Shown here piece after piece: positions 19,430 through 28,733 of a stretch of 64,000 nucleotides of DNA; positions within the stretch are counted from its first letter, which is position 1; the number at the start of each line of letters is the position of its first letter. Below the pieces are notes generated by a model that worked only from the letters and a program-made list of their open reading frames with translations, made no database searches and was not told where the DNA came from. The stretch covers positions 114,762 to 178,761 of the forward strand of contig JAOAKA010000001.1 in assembly GCA_026413885.1 (NCBI GenBank), given 5' to 3'. The position numbers and the translations under genes were made by a program. Source of the DNA: Sulfolobales archaeon (GTDB lineage: Archaea > Thermoproteota > Thermoprotei_A > Sulfolobales > NBVN01).

Positions 19430-20182
19430 TCACCGTGAGCTACTAGCTTTAGCTGGTAGTCTCTCGCCATCTCCCACTACCCAGAATACTCCATCCTCTC
19501 TTCTCTCTATCTTCCAGATAGCTACTTCGTGCTTGACTCTCTCAATTATGTCTTGGAGTGCTTTAATAGCACTCTTCCGTCCGCGACTTAGAACTCCTAC
19601 CGCGAAGATAGTGTCACCTGGTTTGAAGGTTCCTACACTGTGATGCACTTTAACATAGTGCACATCGTTAGTCATAGATGCTTCTTCAGCTATCTTCGCT
19701 AGAACTTTCTCTGTATACTCTTCGTGAAACTCGTATTTCAGTTCTTCAACTTTCTTACCGTTGATAGAGCCTTTAACTACTCCAAAGTATATAGCTACGG
19801 CTCCTACCTCAGGGTCTAATCTAGAGTAAAGCTCCTTTAAAAAGCCTTCTACATCCACTTTCTGACCATGAAGTAGGCTAGCTTCATACAATTTATCACC
19901 TCCTGCGGAGGGCGGAATGAGGTCTACTTTACGATCTGAGCATAGGTCTAAAACCTGGTTTAGCTCTCTAATTAAGTTTCCACTGTGCACTATGAATACA
20001 CGCCCACTTGAAACTATTTCAGCTAGTTCTGGATGTTTATTAGTTACGATCTCTATGAGGTCTCTAACCTCTATAGTACAAGAATCTAAGTCTATATCTT
20101 CAGAGTCTACACCAATTACTTCTCTAAGGAGTGCGTAGTACCTCACCCGTACTTTCACTTTCAACCCTATATGGATTCTCAA
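19430..20182 (-). CDS. Fused MoaD-MoaE (molybdopterin synthase small and large subunits, MoaX-like)
   Basis: The N-terminal half is MoaD/ThiS-like (VRVRYYALLREV...VDLIPPSAGG). The C-terminal half is MoaE-like (AVAIYFGVVKG...VKVHHSVGTFKPGDTIFAVGV..RGRKSAIKALQDIIERVKHEVAIWKIE). A downstream GTG start (VKVRVRYY) is also possible. Confidence 0.75.
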   Translation of the reverse strand: MRIHIGLKVKVRVRYYALLREVIGVDSEDIDLDSCTIEVRDLIEIVTNKHPELAEIVSSGRVFIVHSGNLIRELNQVLDLCSDRKVDLIPPSAGGDKLYEASLLHGQKVDVEGFLKELYSRLDPEVGAVAIYFGVVKGSINGKKVEELKYEFHEEYTEKVLAKIAEEASMTNDVHYVKVHHSVGTFKPGDTIFAVGVLSRGRKSAIKALQDIIERVKHEVAIWKIERREDGVFWVVGDGERLPAKASSSR

Positions 20183-20322
20183 CTGAAATATAGAATCTGC
20201 TCTGCGAGTAGCAGCACTATGTTGACTGTAGATATACTTTGTATACTTCGAGTGTTTTTCTACATCTAGATCGAGTTGGTTACTAACTGCTGTCTGCCGT
20301 ATCAGCTGCGGGTGGTCTAGGA

Positions 20323-20844
20323 TCAGTAGTTATTCTTTCCGAGAGAATTAGTGTTCAACTTACTCTTGATAATCTCTATGGCATCATTAATAGTTTTCCA
20401 GTGATTTCCCTGCCAGTAAGCCTTGTGGCACTTAGCGCAGTACCAGAAAATATCGTATTTATTTAGCACTTCTGGAGGCACTAGAGAAGCTATTTGAGCT
20501 TTCGGTACTACGTCGAGTTTCGCATTACATAGGGGACACCTAGTATTTCCCTTATCGAATCTAATAGCAAGGTTCAGCGATTTCGCCACTAGAGTCAGTA
20601 TGTCAACTACATCAGTTAGACCTGGTGAAATATAGATAGACTTCAAGTTCTTCTTTACAGCTCTTCTGTGAAGTCCGCGGTCTCTTGTAATTATCACTCT
20701 ATTCTCTCTAATAGCAATTTCTAAGATATCGCTATCCTGCATTTTTCTAGAGTATACGGTATCGTAGCCTAGCACTCTTAACCATCTCGCTAGATTCCCC
20801 AACATGTTGTCTACAACGATCTTCACCATTGCTTCAACATCCAA
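20323..20844 (-). CDS. Mut7-C (DUF82) PIN-like RNase domain protein with a C-terminal zinc ribbon
   Basis: VVDNMLGNLARWLRVLGYDTVY and CPLCN...CAKCH. Confidence 0.7.
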   Translation of the reverse strand: MDVEAMVKIVVDNMLGNLARWLRVLGYDTVYSRKMQDSDILEIAIRENRVIITRDRGLHRRAVKKNLKSIYISPGLTDVVDILTLVAKSLNLAIRFDKGNTRCPLCNAKLDVVPKAQIASLVPPEVLNKYDIFWYCAKCHKAYWQGNHWKTINDAIEIIKSKLNTNSLGKNNY

Positions 20845-20956
20845 CTACTGTACTTATAGATTCACTTAAGCATTCCGATTAGGGCCTGTTTAACTACTCA
20901 GAGATCTAGAGTGTAGAGGCTGCGGCTCTAAGAGGTGGAGACTTCACAAAACACAT

Positions 20957-21223
20957 CTAATCACTTATTGGTTCTTCTCTCGTCGTCAAGATCTTCAGAG
21001 CTCTCTCAGTTATGTGTACGAAAAATCTTTCTTCACTAGTAGAGCTCACTCTCACTAGACCTCTGAGTTCCAAAATCATCAGTAACTTCAGAAATTCTCC
21101 AAATGATATATCTCTCGATTTTCTCAACTCTACGAACAATACGTCACCCGATACCGTACCACCAGCTCTCGCTATGGCTTCTAAGATAGCTACTGAAGGT
21201 ATTGTTTGCTTGATTCTTTTCAT
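20957..21223 (-). CDS. Small putative winged-helix DNA-binding protein
   Basis: 88 aa; a helix-rich wHTH-like pattern (SVAILEAIARAGGTVSGDVLFVEL...LELRGLVRV). Judged by pattern only. Confidence 0.35.
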   Translation of the reverse strand: MKRIKQTIPSVAILEAIARAGGTVSGDVLFVELRKSRDISFGEFLKLLMILELRGLVRVSSTSEERFFVHITERALKILTTREEPISD

Positions 21224-21270
21224 CTAAGACCGTTACATATAGCGTTTGAAATTTATAAGTAGCAGTTTTA

Positions 21271-21642
21271 TTACTGCTTTTCTTTTTCCCAGATAAAGTT
21301 AGGGACTTCTTGAACATTTACTATTGGAACGTTTATAACTCCAGCTTTAAATCCCTTACTTAATTCTATGTGTTCTCCAGCTTCATCCGACCTAATGACT
21401 GCGTAATTTCTGTCTATAGGCATTCTACAGCCTTCATCTAACCAGTAGTAGATAAGTGGAATTCCGTATAGCTTGTAGAAATCCTTAAATACAGCCATTA
21501 TTCCGTATACGCACACACCACTGAAGGTAAATCTAAGAATGTAGGTAGGCTGACCCATCATAATTCCTGATGCTGCGAGTCGAACTAAGTCTGAAAAGTC
21601 TCTAACCTTAACTTTAGCAACCTTATTCTCGAAACCCTCCAG
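21271..21642 (-). CDS. Hypothetical protein (96 aa from ATG; 123 aa if the SD-led CTG at 21642 is used)
   Basis: The ORF track gives 21271..21561. The frame stays open 27 codons further upstream, to a CTG preceded by GGTGGTGAaat. Confidence 0.45.
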   Translation of the reverse strand: MEGFENKVAKVKVRDFSDLVRLAASGIMMGQPTYILRFTFSGVCVYGIMAVFKDFYKLYGIPLIYYWLDEGCRMPIDRNYAVIRSDEAGEHIELSKGFKAGVINVPIVNVQEVPNFIWEKEKQ

Positions 21643-21756
21643 ATTTCACCACCATAATTAGCGTAAATACGGGTTTAATTAACTTCAGCGACCCAACTAA
21701 CACTGTTTAAAAGAGTCGCCATCTTCAACGTCCCCATATCTACTCCACTTAGAACT

Positions 21757-22338
21757 CTACAGGTGTGAACTTAAAACTAGAGGCTTTATTAGGTATATAC
21801 TGCCGTCTTCAGCACTGATTACTAGCAAGCAGTCGACTTTAGTATAGCATACTGCGACAAGAGCTGATATGAGAGCGTCGCGTAAGTCTTTTCCTAGCTT
21901 TCTCCGCCGGTAGTCCCCTAAGTTTACTCCAAGTCTTTCAGCTAGTGTGATATAGTCACTTACTCCAGAACTCTTTATAGCGCTTCTCGGATGTGTTTCT
22001 ATAACTTCGATACCTTCCGATGTGAGTTTCTCGTATAGTTTCCAACCTCTCAAAGCTAACTTCTTCATATGCTTAAAGCTTGGTGGTAAGACTCTAAAAC
22101 CTCTCTTCACAGCCTCCTTATCTACTAACCTATATTTTGGTTCTCTAGTTATCGGTGAGTCAATACTGACTAAACCTATTCTATCTGAAGCTATGTTCGA
22201 GACTATTTGATCATCGCCGTAGAGACACTCTATCCTTACTAAAGACATGCTAGTCAAGTCTATTACTGCGTAACCAGTACAGTTATAGCTTTCAGCCGCT
22301 AGGTCTAGTCCTGAAACTCTAGTATAGCGATACGACAT
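21757..22338 (-). CDS. Predicted RNase H-fold nuclease (DUF429/COG2410-like)
   Basis: VSGLDLAAES...GYAVIDL...VSIDSPIT pattern; 193 aa. Low-certainty family call. Confidence 0.35.
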   Translation of the reverse strand: MSYRYTRVSGLDLAAESYNCTGYAVIDLTSMSLVRIECLYGDDQIVSNIASDRIGLVSIDSPITREPKYRLVDKEAVKRGFRVLPPSFKHMKKLALRGWKLYEKLTSEGIEVIETHPRSAIKSSGVSDYITLAERLGVNLGDYRRRKLGKDLRDALISALVAVCYTKVDCLLVISAEDGSIYLIKPLVLSSHL

Positions 22339-22425
22339 CTAATCTAACTCTAGATAGCACCCTCAAAAATATCTATTTCTGCGGTCCACCAGTGAAGCAC
22401 CTAGAGTTAGCTGTTTAGACACTCC

Positions 22426-23358
22426 TTACTCACATACTGCACTTTTAATTCTCGAAAGACACCACCTGACGTAGGGACTCGAGATACCTAGTAGGATGAG
22501 AATTCTGTAGATCCACGGCGGACGTACGGAGAATCCCGCAGCATTTCTGTGTCCACCACCCCCCAGCTTCTTAGCTATCTCTCTAACGTCTACTCTTCCA
22601 CGACTTCTAAGACTAACCGACCCTCTTCTACATATAGCAGCCATATCCGCGTTAAATCTAGCCATTAGAAGTGCTGCTATGTAGGACGTCACGTGGTCTC
22701 TAACAGACTTATAGTAGTACGCTACTCTAATTCCGCAGAGATCACTGATACCGCATTTTCTCAGAGCTTCCGAGAGGATCTCTAGTTCTCTACTAATACT
22801 GTCTTCAACGACCTCCAAAATCTCGCTATCTAGTAGAGAACCTGATGAAAGTTTAGCGGTAACTCTTCTCCTCCAGTTCTCACTCTTACTGTAGCCGACA
22901 TATCTAGCTAGAAAGTTCCCCAGCCAGTCATCAAATACCCATAAATCTAGAGAACACGTTGCTCTCGATAAGCGCTCTGAAACTGAGTCACCAACACCGA
23001 GCTCTCCGTAGACTAATCCAGCTGAGCATGTAGATGTATCTTGAACTAGTTTTACACCGCTATCTAAAACCTCCTTAACCCAGGAAGAATCCCATATGTG
23101 GTGGTCAAACCACCATATTTTAGCGCCGGAGCTAGCTAGTTTCCTCAGGTTCTTAGTGATGGAATTCACGCCTTCACTATTGGGACTGAGATCGCATATG
23201 TATATCTCACAATCATTCGAGCACTCTACGCTTGAAAGCACTCTAGGTAGAGCTTGAGGCTGTATGAACACGTATTTGTCTACACTACCGAGAGTGCGAG
23301 TTATAATAGCTGCGGAAGCTACTCCATCGAGGTCTGTGTGAGCAATCACTACCCTCAA
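22426..23358 (-). CDS. DHH/DHHA1-family phosphoesterase
   Basis: IAHTDLDGVASAAI, WWFDHHIW, GGGGHRNAAGF. Confidence 0.8.
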   Translation of the reverse strand: MRVVIAHTDLDGVASAAIITRTLGSVDKYVFIQPQALPRVLSSVECSNDCEIYICDLSPNSEGVNSITKNLRKLASSGAKIWWFDHHIWDSSWVKEVLDSGVKLVQDTSTCSAGLVYGELGVGDSVSERLSRATCSLDLWVFDDWLGNFLARYVGYSKSENWRRRVTAKLSSGSLLDSEILEVVEDSISRELEILSEALRKCGISDLCGIRVAYYYKSVRDHVTSYIAALLMARFNADMAAICRRGSVSLRSRGRVDVREIAKKLGGGGHRNAAGFSVRPPWIYRILILLGISSPYVRWCLSRIKSAVCE

Positions 23359-23376
23359 GTCTTTAGAGCCCTTACT

Positions 23377-23820
23377 CTACCTCATAGGTTTCTGCTTCTT
23401 GCCTTTGAGAAGTTCTTTAAGAGATACTCCATTTACAGCTATTACCTTAAATCTCACACCTGGGAGGTCACCCATAGATCTACCTCTAGTACCTCCAATA
23501 CCTTCTATCAATACTTCATCGTGTTCATCGATGAAGGTTATACCGCCGTCCCATGGAACGAAAGCCGTCACGACTTTACCATTCTTAACTAACTGAACCC
23601 TAACACACTTCCTCAGTGCTGAATTAGGCTGTCTGGATTCTATTCCAACTTTCTCTACAACTATACCGCGAGCCATAGGAGCTCCTTCCAATGGGTCGTA
23701 CTTCACCTTCAACTTCATCATTCTAACTCTAAACTCTCTCTGAGACCACCTAAACTTCAGTCTCTTCAGTCTAAGCTTTCTAGCAGCGTAAAGACCTTTA
23801 GGTGCTTTAGAGCCCGGCAA
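23377..23820 (-). CDS. rps12: 30S ribosomal protein uS12
   Basis: [28 protein letters not shown]. Confidence 0.94.
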   Translation of the reverse strand: MPGSKAPKGLYAARKLRLKRLKFRWSQREFRVRMMKLKVKYDPLEGAPMARGIVVEKVGIESRQPNSALRKCVRVQLVKNGKVVTAFVPWDGGITFIDEHDEVLIEGIGGTRGRSMGDLPGVRFKVIAVNGVSLKELLKGKKQKPMR

Positions 23821-23869
23821 TCTCGCACCTCACATTTTCAGATTGCTATTGACTTATAAGCCTAAACAC

Positions 23870-24304
23870 TCAGACAATTGAGACTACATCGATATCGAAG
23901 TATCTCTTTAGTATCGTCCTAGCTTTATTAACGTTTCTACCACTCTTACCTATAGCTAGCCCCTTATCTTCTGGATTCACTCTAACGTAGAGTATTTTCC
24001 TGCTGTCTTTGAGCTTCATTAAACTAGTGCCTAGAACTCTAGCTGGGAGAAAGAGATTCTTAACAAAGTCTTCTAGATTGTCAGCCCACTCGATGACCTC
24101 TATTCTCTTACCCAGTATTTTAGATAGCCTCTTAACGTTCGTACCGCGATTTCCGATGGCTAGACCAGCTTTACCTGGAGGCACTATAAACACTATAGCA
24201 CTACTATCGGAGTCTATAATACAATCTCTAACGTCAACACCAGTTACATCACTAAATAGAGCCATATACCTTAGCTCTTCGTTACTCAGTTTAATTTCAG
24301 ACAG
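23870..24304 (-). CDS. nusA: Archaeal NusA-like transcription termination/antitermination factor (two KH domains)
   Basis: GLAIGNRGTNVKRL and GLAIGKSGRNVNKA. The ORF track starts at the ATG at 24265, but the in-frame upstream codons give [21 protein letters not shown], which looks like the conserved NusA N-terminus. A CTG at 24304 lies behind GAGGTGttgagct. The extended protein is 144 aa. Confidence 0.88.
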   Translation of the reverse strand: MSEIKLSNEELRYMALFSDVTGVDVRDCIIDSDSSAIVFIVPPGKAGLAIGNRGTNVKRLSKILGKRIEVIEWADNLEDFVKNLFLPARVLGTSLMKLKDSRKILYVRVNPEDKGLAIGKSGRNVNKARTILKRYFDIDVVSIV

Positions 24305-24617
24305 AGCTCAACACCTCTTCAAATCTAGACTCACCGAAGTCGAGAATAGCTATAACTGAGACTGGAAACTGCCTACCGCAAACTAGCCCTAGTTCGTAGC
24401 TTGTTCCAGGATATCTTACTACCGGTATATTGCCGAGCTTCGCATAGTGAAGTATATCAATCTCTATCTCGGGGAGTATCTTACTAGCCACAACTACAGC
24501 TTTAGCTCTACCTAGTAGTACAGCCTTTAAGCTCTCCTTACTTCCCAGTACGTACTTACCTGTTCTAATTACATTCTTCATTTCTCTCTCTAATTCCGGT
24601 CTAGTTACTTCACTCAC
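24297..24617 (-). CDS. rpl30e: 50S ribosomal protein eL30
   Basis: 106 aa; [14 protein letters not shown]...AKAVVVAS...; standard position between rpoA'' and nusA. Confidence 0.9.
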   Translation of the reverse strand: MSEVTRPELEREMKNVIRTGKYVLGSKESLKAVLLGRAKAVVVASKILPEIEIDILHYAKLGNIPVVRYPGTSYELGLVCGRQFPVSVIAILDFGESRFEEVLSSV

Positions 24618-26101
24618 TGAGATTCTCCACCCCTAGCTAATTGCTGTGGACTAGTTTTAAGCTCCACGAAACTCGTTCCAAAGGGCATTAGCTGACCTAT
24701 AATAACATTCTCAGCAACACCTTGAAGACTATCGAATTCCCCTGAAACACTCGCATCAAATAACTGCTTAGTAGTTATCTCGAAAGCTGCTCTAGCTAGC
24801 ACGCTCCTCTTTTCCCCTACAACACCGTGTCTTCCGATCTGCCTAACGATGCCGGACCAGGTCATGAGATCTGCTACCAGCATTACGTGTCTTACATCCA
24901 CCTCGAGACCCTGCTCTCGCAGAGTATTCATCATCTCACTTATTAGGGCTTGTCTAGCCGCCTCTATTCCCAGTACTCTCTCTATTTCATGTATATCGTT
25001 AGTTCTAGTTCTCCTGTGGTCTACTTGCGGAATACCTAGAACTTCGGCTAGATTAGAGCCTTCAGTTAGGAGAACGTACTCGTACTTACCGGTGGAGGGA
25101 CTATATCTTCTCTGAAGAATGACTTTCTTAACTCCTCTAACTCCCTTGATCTTGGTTTTGAGTAGTCTCTCTCTAAACTTAAGTATCTTAGATATGTGTG
25201 AGTAAGCTTTAGGAGCTTCTACTATTAGTGTCAGAGGGTCTTCTTCACTCACTCTTACTTTACCTACTAGCAGCTTTCTCTTAGATAGAGCTTCAACCAC
25301 ACTATCTACGGTGAGACCCTTGTCTTCAAGCATATCTCTATCTAGTCTTATCAATATACTCTCCGTTATTAGGTCTATCTCAGCTGATACTGCTACAGCT
25401 TCTAGATTAGTATACTCAAGTTTACGTGCTATTTCGAGAGCTACATTGAGGTCGTGTTTGTAGTCTTCTTTGAGGTATATCTCCATTATCGGTGTTTCAG
25501 GTCTTCGCTTAGCATCTACTAGCTCTATTAGTCTAGGTAGACCTAGTGTTACGTTAAGCTCTCTAACACCAGCGAAGTGGAATGTTCTTAAAGTCATCTG
25601 AGTACTGGGTTCACCAATAGATTGAGCAGCTATAGTTCCCACAGGTTCTCCAGGCTCTACTAGAGAGTGTAAGTAAAATTGGACTACATCCTCTCTTATC
25701 TTAATTAGTTCATCATTAGATAGAGAGTATCTGCTTGCTACATCCATTAACTTCGATAGAGCCTCGTCTACGATTGCTTCCGGTACGTTCTTCCTCAGAG
25801 ACTCCATTACACCATAGACTCTCTGAGCCAATGCTGCGAGGTTGTTGAATTCCTGATTAATAGCTGCTTCATCTGGTTTTACTCCGTACTTACCTAAAAT
25901 TATCGACCTAATTGAATTAACTAAAACAGGAGGTAGCTTTTGGTGAAGACCGTGTTCTTCTATTAACTTACCTATGAGCTCACCGGGCTCTATAACTGCT
26001 TTACGTATCTCTTCAAAAACTACTTCCTTCTTTACGGCTTCTCCAGATTTTTTCTCTTTTCTACTCTTTCTAGGCTTTTTGCTCATATACTCATCCTCCA
26101 C
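24614..26101 (-). CDS. rpoA2: DNA-directed RNA polymerase subunit A'' (N-terminus longer than usual)
   Basis: [29 protein letters not shown]; 495 aa, against roughly 390 aa that I recall as typical. Confidence 0.93.
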   Translation of the reverse strand: MEDEYMSKKPRKSRKEKKSGEAVKKEVVFEEIRKAVIEPGELIGKLIEEHGLHQKLPPVLVNSIRSIILGKYGVKPDEAAINQEFNNLAALAQRVYGVMESLRKNVPEAIVDEALSKLMDVASRYSLSNDELIKIREDVVQFYLHSLVEPGEPVGTIAAQSIGEPSTQMTLRTFHFAGVRELNVTLGLPRLIELVDAKRRPETPIMEIYLKEDYKHDLNVALEIARKLEYTNLEAVAVSAEIDLITESILIRLDRDMLEDKGLTVDSVVEALSKRKLLVGKVRVSEEDPLTLIVEAPKAYSHISKILKFRERLLKTKIKGVRGVKKVILQRRYSPSTGKYEYVLLTEGSNLAEVLGIPQVDHRRTRTNDIHEIERVLGIEAARQALISEMMNTLREQGLEVDVRHVMLVADLMTWSGIVRQIGRHGVVGEKRSVLARAAFEITTKQLFDASVSGEFDSLQGVAENVIIGQLMPFGTSFVELKTSPQQLARGGESQ

Positions 26102-28731
26102 CCAACGTTCTTTACGACTATCCTATCTATATCTACTGCTTTACCGAAAGCAGTTTTCTTCGGGTCCACAGAGTCTTCACCGTACTTAAACTGTACGAGC
26201 TCTCCGTAGAGGCTTCTAACGGACATGTCGTACTCTACGTACAGGTCTTGAAGAGCGTTGATCAATCTTCTCTGCATGTAGCCGCTTTGAGATGTTCTTA
26301 CAGCTGTATCTACTAGGCCTTCTCTACCTCCAGCAGAGTGGAAGAATACTTCTAGAGGGGTTAGACCTCTATAGAAGGAACTCTCAACAAAACCTCTAGC
26401 TTTAGGTGTTAAATCTTCATACTTATAGTGAGGAAGAACTCTACCCCTATATCCACGCCATATTCTCTCACCTCTCACTGACTGCTGTCCCACTACAACA
26501 GACATCTGAGTTATGTTTAGGTTGCCACCTCTAGCTCCTGTTCTAGCCATTATGTAGACTGGGTTCGTCAAGCTCATGTGCTTAATAGATGATGAACCAG
26601 CATCGTCACGGGCTCTAGCTAGTACATCTAGTATTCTAATCTCTAGTGTCTCATTTATAGTTCTACCTGGAACCGGCTCTAGCTGTCCGGCTCTATACAT
26701 ATCTATCAACTTTCGAACTTCATCGTATGAGTCATTAATTACTTTCGCAGCTTCTTCCATACCTCTATCTTCAGGCTTTATATTATCTAAAGTCATAGTA
26801 AAGCCGACCATTTCGATATATCTAAGAAATAGCTTGAATGCCTTATTCATGAATTCAGCACCTGATTTAACGCCTTTCTCCATGATTAGGTAGTGCATCA
26901 TGGACTTAGGCTGTTGAGACCCTATCACAGTCTTATCGATTACTCCAGCTAGAACCTTGCCCTTCTTTACTATGAGTAGTGTGTCCCAGAAACACTCATC
27001 TGAAGTACACTTAAGGCTTCCAGATGAAAGCCTGGTCTCTCCTACAAAGTTGAAGTCTTCTGAAAGTAGCAGACTGAATACCTGCTTACCGGTCCAAGCC
27101 TCTATTGGTGACAGAATAGCTGGTTCTGGGATCTCCCCTGAGTAGTCTATAGTAGCTAGGAGATCAGAGACTTGGTCTTTCGTTAAGAGTGTTGATTTGA
27201 GGGTTAAGAGATAGCCTCCGCTTATGTAGTCTTGTATTCCACCCACTATCGGTCCTCCATATCTAGGAGTGAGAATGTGTTTCTCTACTAGTAGAAGTTC
27301 TTCAGCTTCAGCTCTTGCTTCTACTGTTTGTGGGATGTGGAGGTTCATCTCATCACCATCGAAATCAGCGTTATATGGAGGGCAGACAGCCAGGTGTAAT
27401 CTAAAGGTTTTTCCAGGTAGAACCCGCACTCTATGAGACATTATAGACATCTTATGAAGAGATGGCTGTCTGTTAAATAAAACTATGTCTCCATCTACGA
27501 GATGTCTCTCGATAATGTATCCTGGTTTAAGACTTTCAGCCAGGGCTTTGAGGTCCTTAACATACCTTAAGTCGAGTCGGCGCCCGGAAGGATCTACTAC
27601 GTAGTTAGCTCCAGGCCACTTGTAGGGACCGTTTAACACGTGTTCACGCATTTTATCTAGATTCCATTGAGTTACGTATTCGGGAACTGTTAGCGTCATA
27701 GCCACTTCGTGCGGTACACCAACCTCGTTGATATCTAGATTCGGGTCGGGACTTATTACAGTCCTAGCTGAGTAGTCTACTCTCTTACCTGATAGATTAC
27801 CTCTAAATCTACCCTCCTTACCTTTAAGTCTCTGAGATAGTGTCTTAAGAGGCATTCCAGACCTTCTCTTAGCTACTGGAACTCCCGGGAGCTCGTTGTC
27901 TACGTAAGTCATTACGTGGTATTGGAGTAGTTCCCACAGATCTTCCGATATTATCTCGGGAGCACCTGTATTCAGAGCTTCCTTTAGCTTTTCGTTAGCT
28001 CTAATTATATCGACCAGCTTATGTGTTAGATCGTCTTCAGCTCTCATACCGGTTTCTAAGACAATCGATGGTCTAACAGCGATCGGTGGTATAGGAAGCA
28101 CGTTGATCACCATCCACTCAGGTCTAGCTACCTCAGGGTCTACACCGAGTATCTCAAGGTCTGCGTTAGGTATATTGCTAAGCCACTGCTTTATTACATC
28201 TGGGTAGAGTTTTCCTCTACCTCCTTCCTCTATGAAAGTAGCTGGTTTTTCTAGTCTAATCTTGAACTGTCTAGCTCTGCAGTGGGGACACTCTAGTGCT
28301 TTAGAAGCCTTCTGTCTAACGAACTCTACCAAGCTACTGGCTAACTGCGGCCATCTATCTCTAAGTTTGCGATAGAGGTCTCTATACCTAAAAACATCTT
28401 CTTCAGGTATCTTAACTCTATTGCAGAAGTGACACGTAGTTTTTAGCAGCATGAATATATGTCTCACGTAACCTATGTGTACTACTGGTTTAGCTAGCTC
28501 TAGGTGGCCGAAGTGACCTGGACACTGAGCTAAAGTATTTCCGCATGTAGCACACCTCTGACCAGGCTCTATAACACCCAGCCTCGGATCCATCACTCCG
28601 CCTTCTATAGGTATTCCATTCTCGTCGTAGACTTCTGGAGTAACTATAGCTGTTACAGATATCTTTCTAATCATCTCTGGAGACAGAATTCCGAACTTTA
28701 TCCCTCTAATTACTTTATCAGATTCCGCCAT
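26083..28731 (-). CDS. rpoA1: DNA-directed RNA polymerase subunit A'
   Basis: 882 aa; zinc motifs [17 protein letters not shown]; catalytic [10 protein letters not shown]. Confidence 0.96.
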   Translation of the reverse strand: MAESDKVIRGIKFGILSPEMIRKISVTAIVTPEVYDENGIPIEGGVMDPRLGVIEPGQRCATCGNTLAQCPGHFGHLELAKPVVHIGYVRHIFMLLKTTCHFCNRVKIPEEDVFRYRDLYRKLRDRWPQLASSLVEFVRQKASKALECPHCRARQFKIRLEKPATFIEEGGRGKLYPDVIKQWLSNIPNADLEILGVDPEVARPEWMVINVLPIPPIAVRPSIVLETGMRAEDDLTHKLVDIIRANEKLKEALNTGAPEIISEDLWELLQYHVMTYVDNELPGVPVAKRRSGMPLKTLSQRLKGKEGRFRGNLSGKRVDYSARTVISPDPNLDINEVGVPHEVAMTLTVPEYVTQWNLDKMREHVLNGPYKWPGANYVVDPSGRRLDLRYVKDLKALAESLKPGYIIERHLVDGDIVLFNRQPSLHKMSIMSHRVRVLPGKTFRLHLAVCPPYNADFDGDEMNLHIPQTVEARAEAEELLLVEKHILTPRYGGPIVGGIQDYISGGYLLTLKSTLLTKDQVSDLLATIDYSGEIPEPAILSPIEAWTGKQVFSLLLSEDFNFVGETRLSSGSLKCTSDECFWDTLLIVKKGKVLAGVIDKTVIGSQQPKSMMHYLIMEKGVKSGAEFMNKAFKLFLRYIEMVGFTMTLDNIKPEDRGMEEAAKVINDSYDEVRKLIDMYRAGQLEPVPGRTINETLEIRILDVLARARDDAGSSSIKHMSLTNPVYIMARTGARGGNLNITQMSVVVGQQSVRGERIWRGYRGRVLPHYKYEDLTPKARGFVESSFYRGLTPLEVFFHSAGGREGLVDTAVRTSQSGYMQRRLINALQDLYVEYDMSVRSLYGELVQFKYGEDSVDPKKTAFGKAVDIDRIVVKNVGWRMSI

Positions 28732-28733
28732 AG

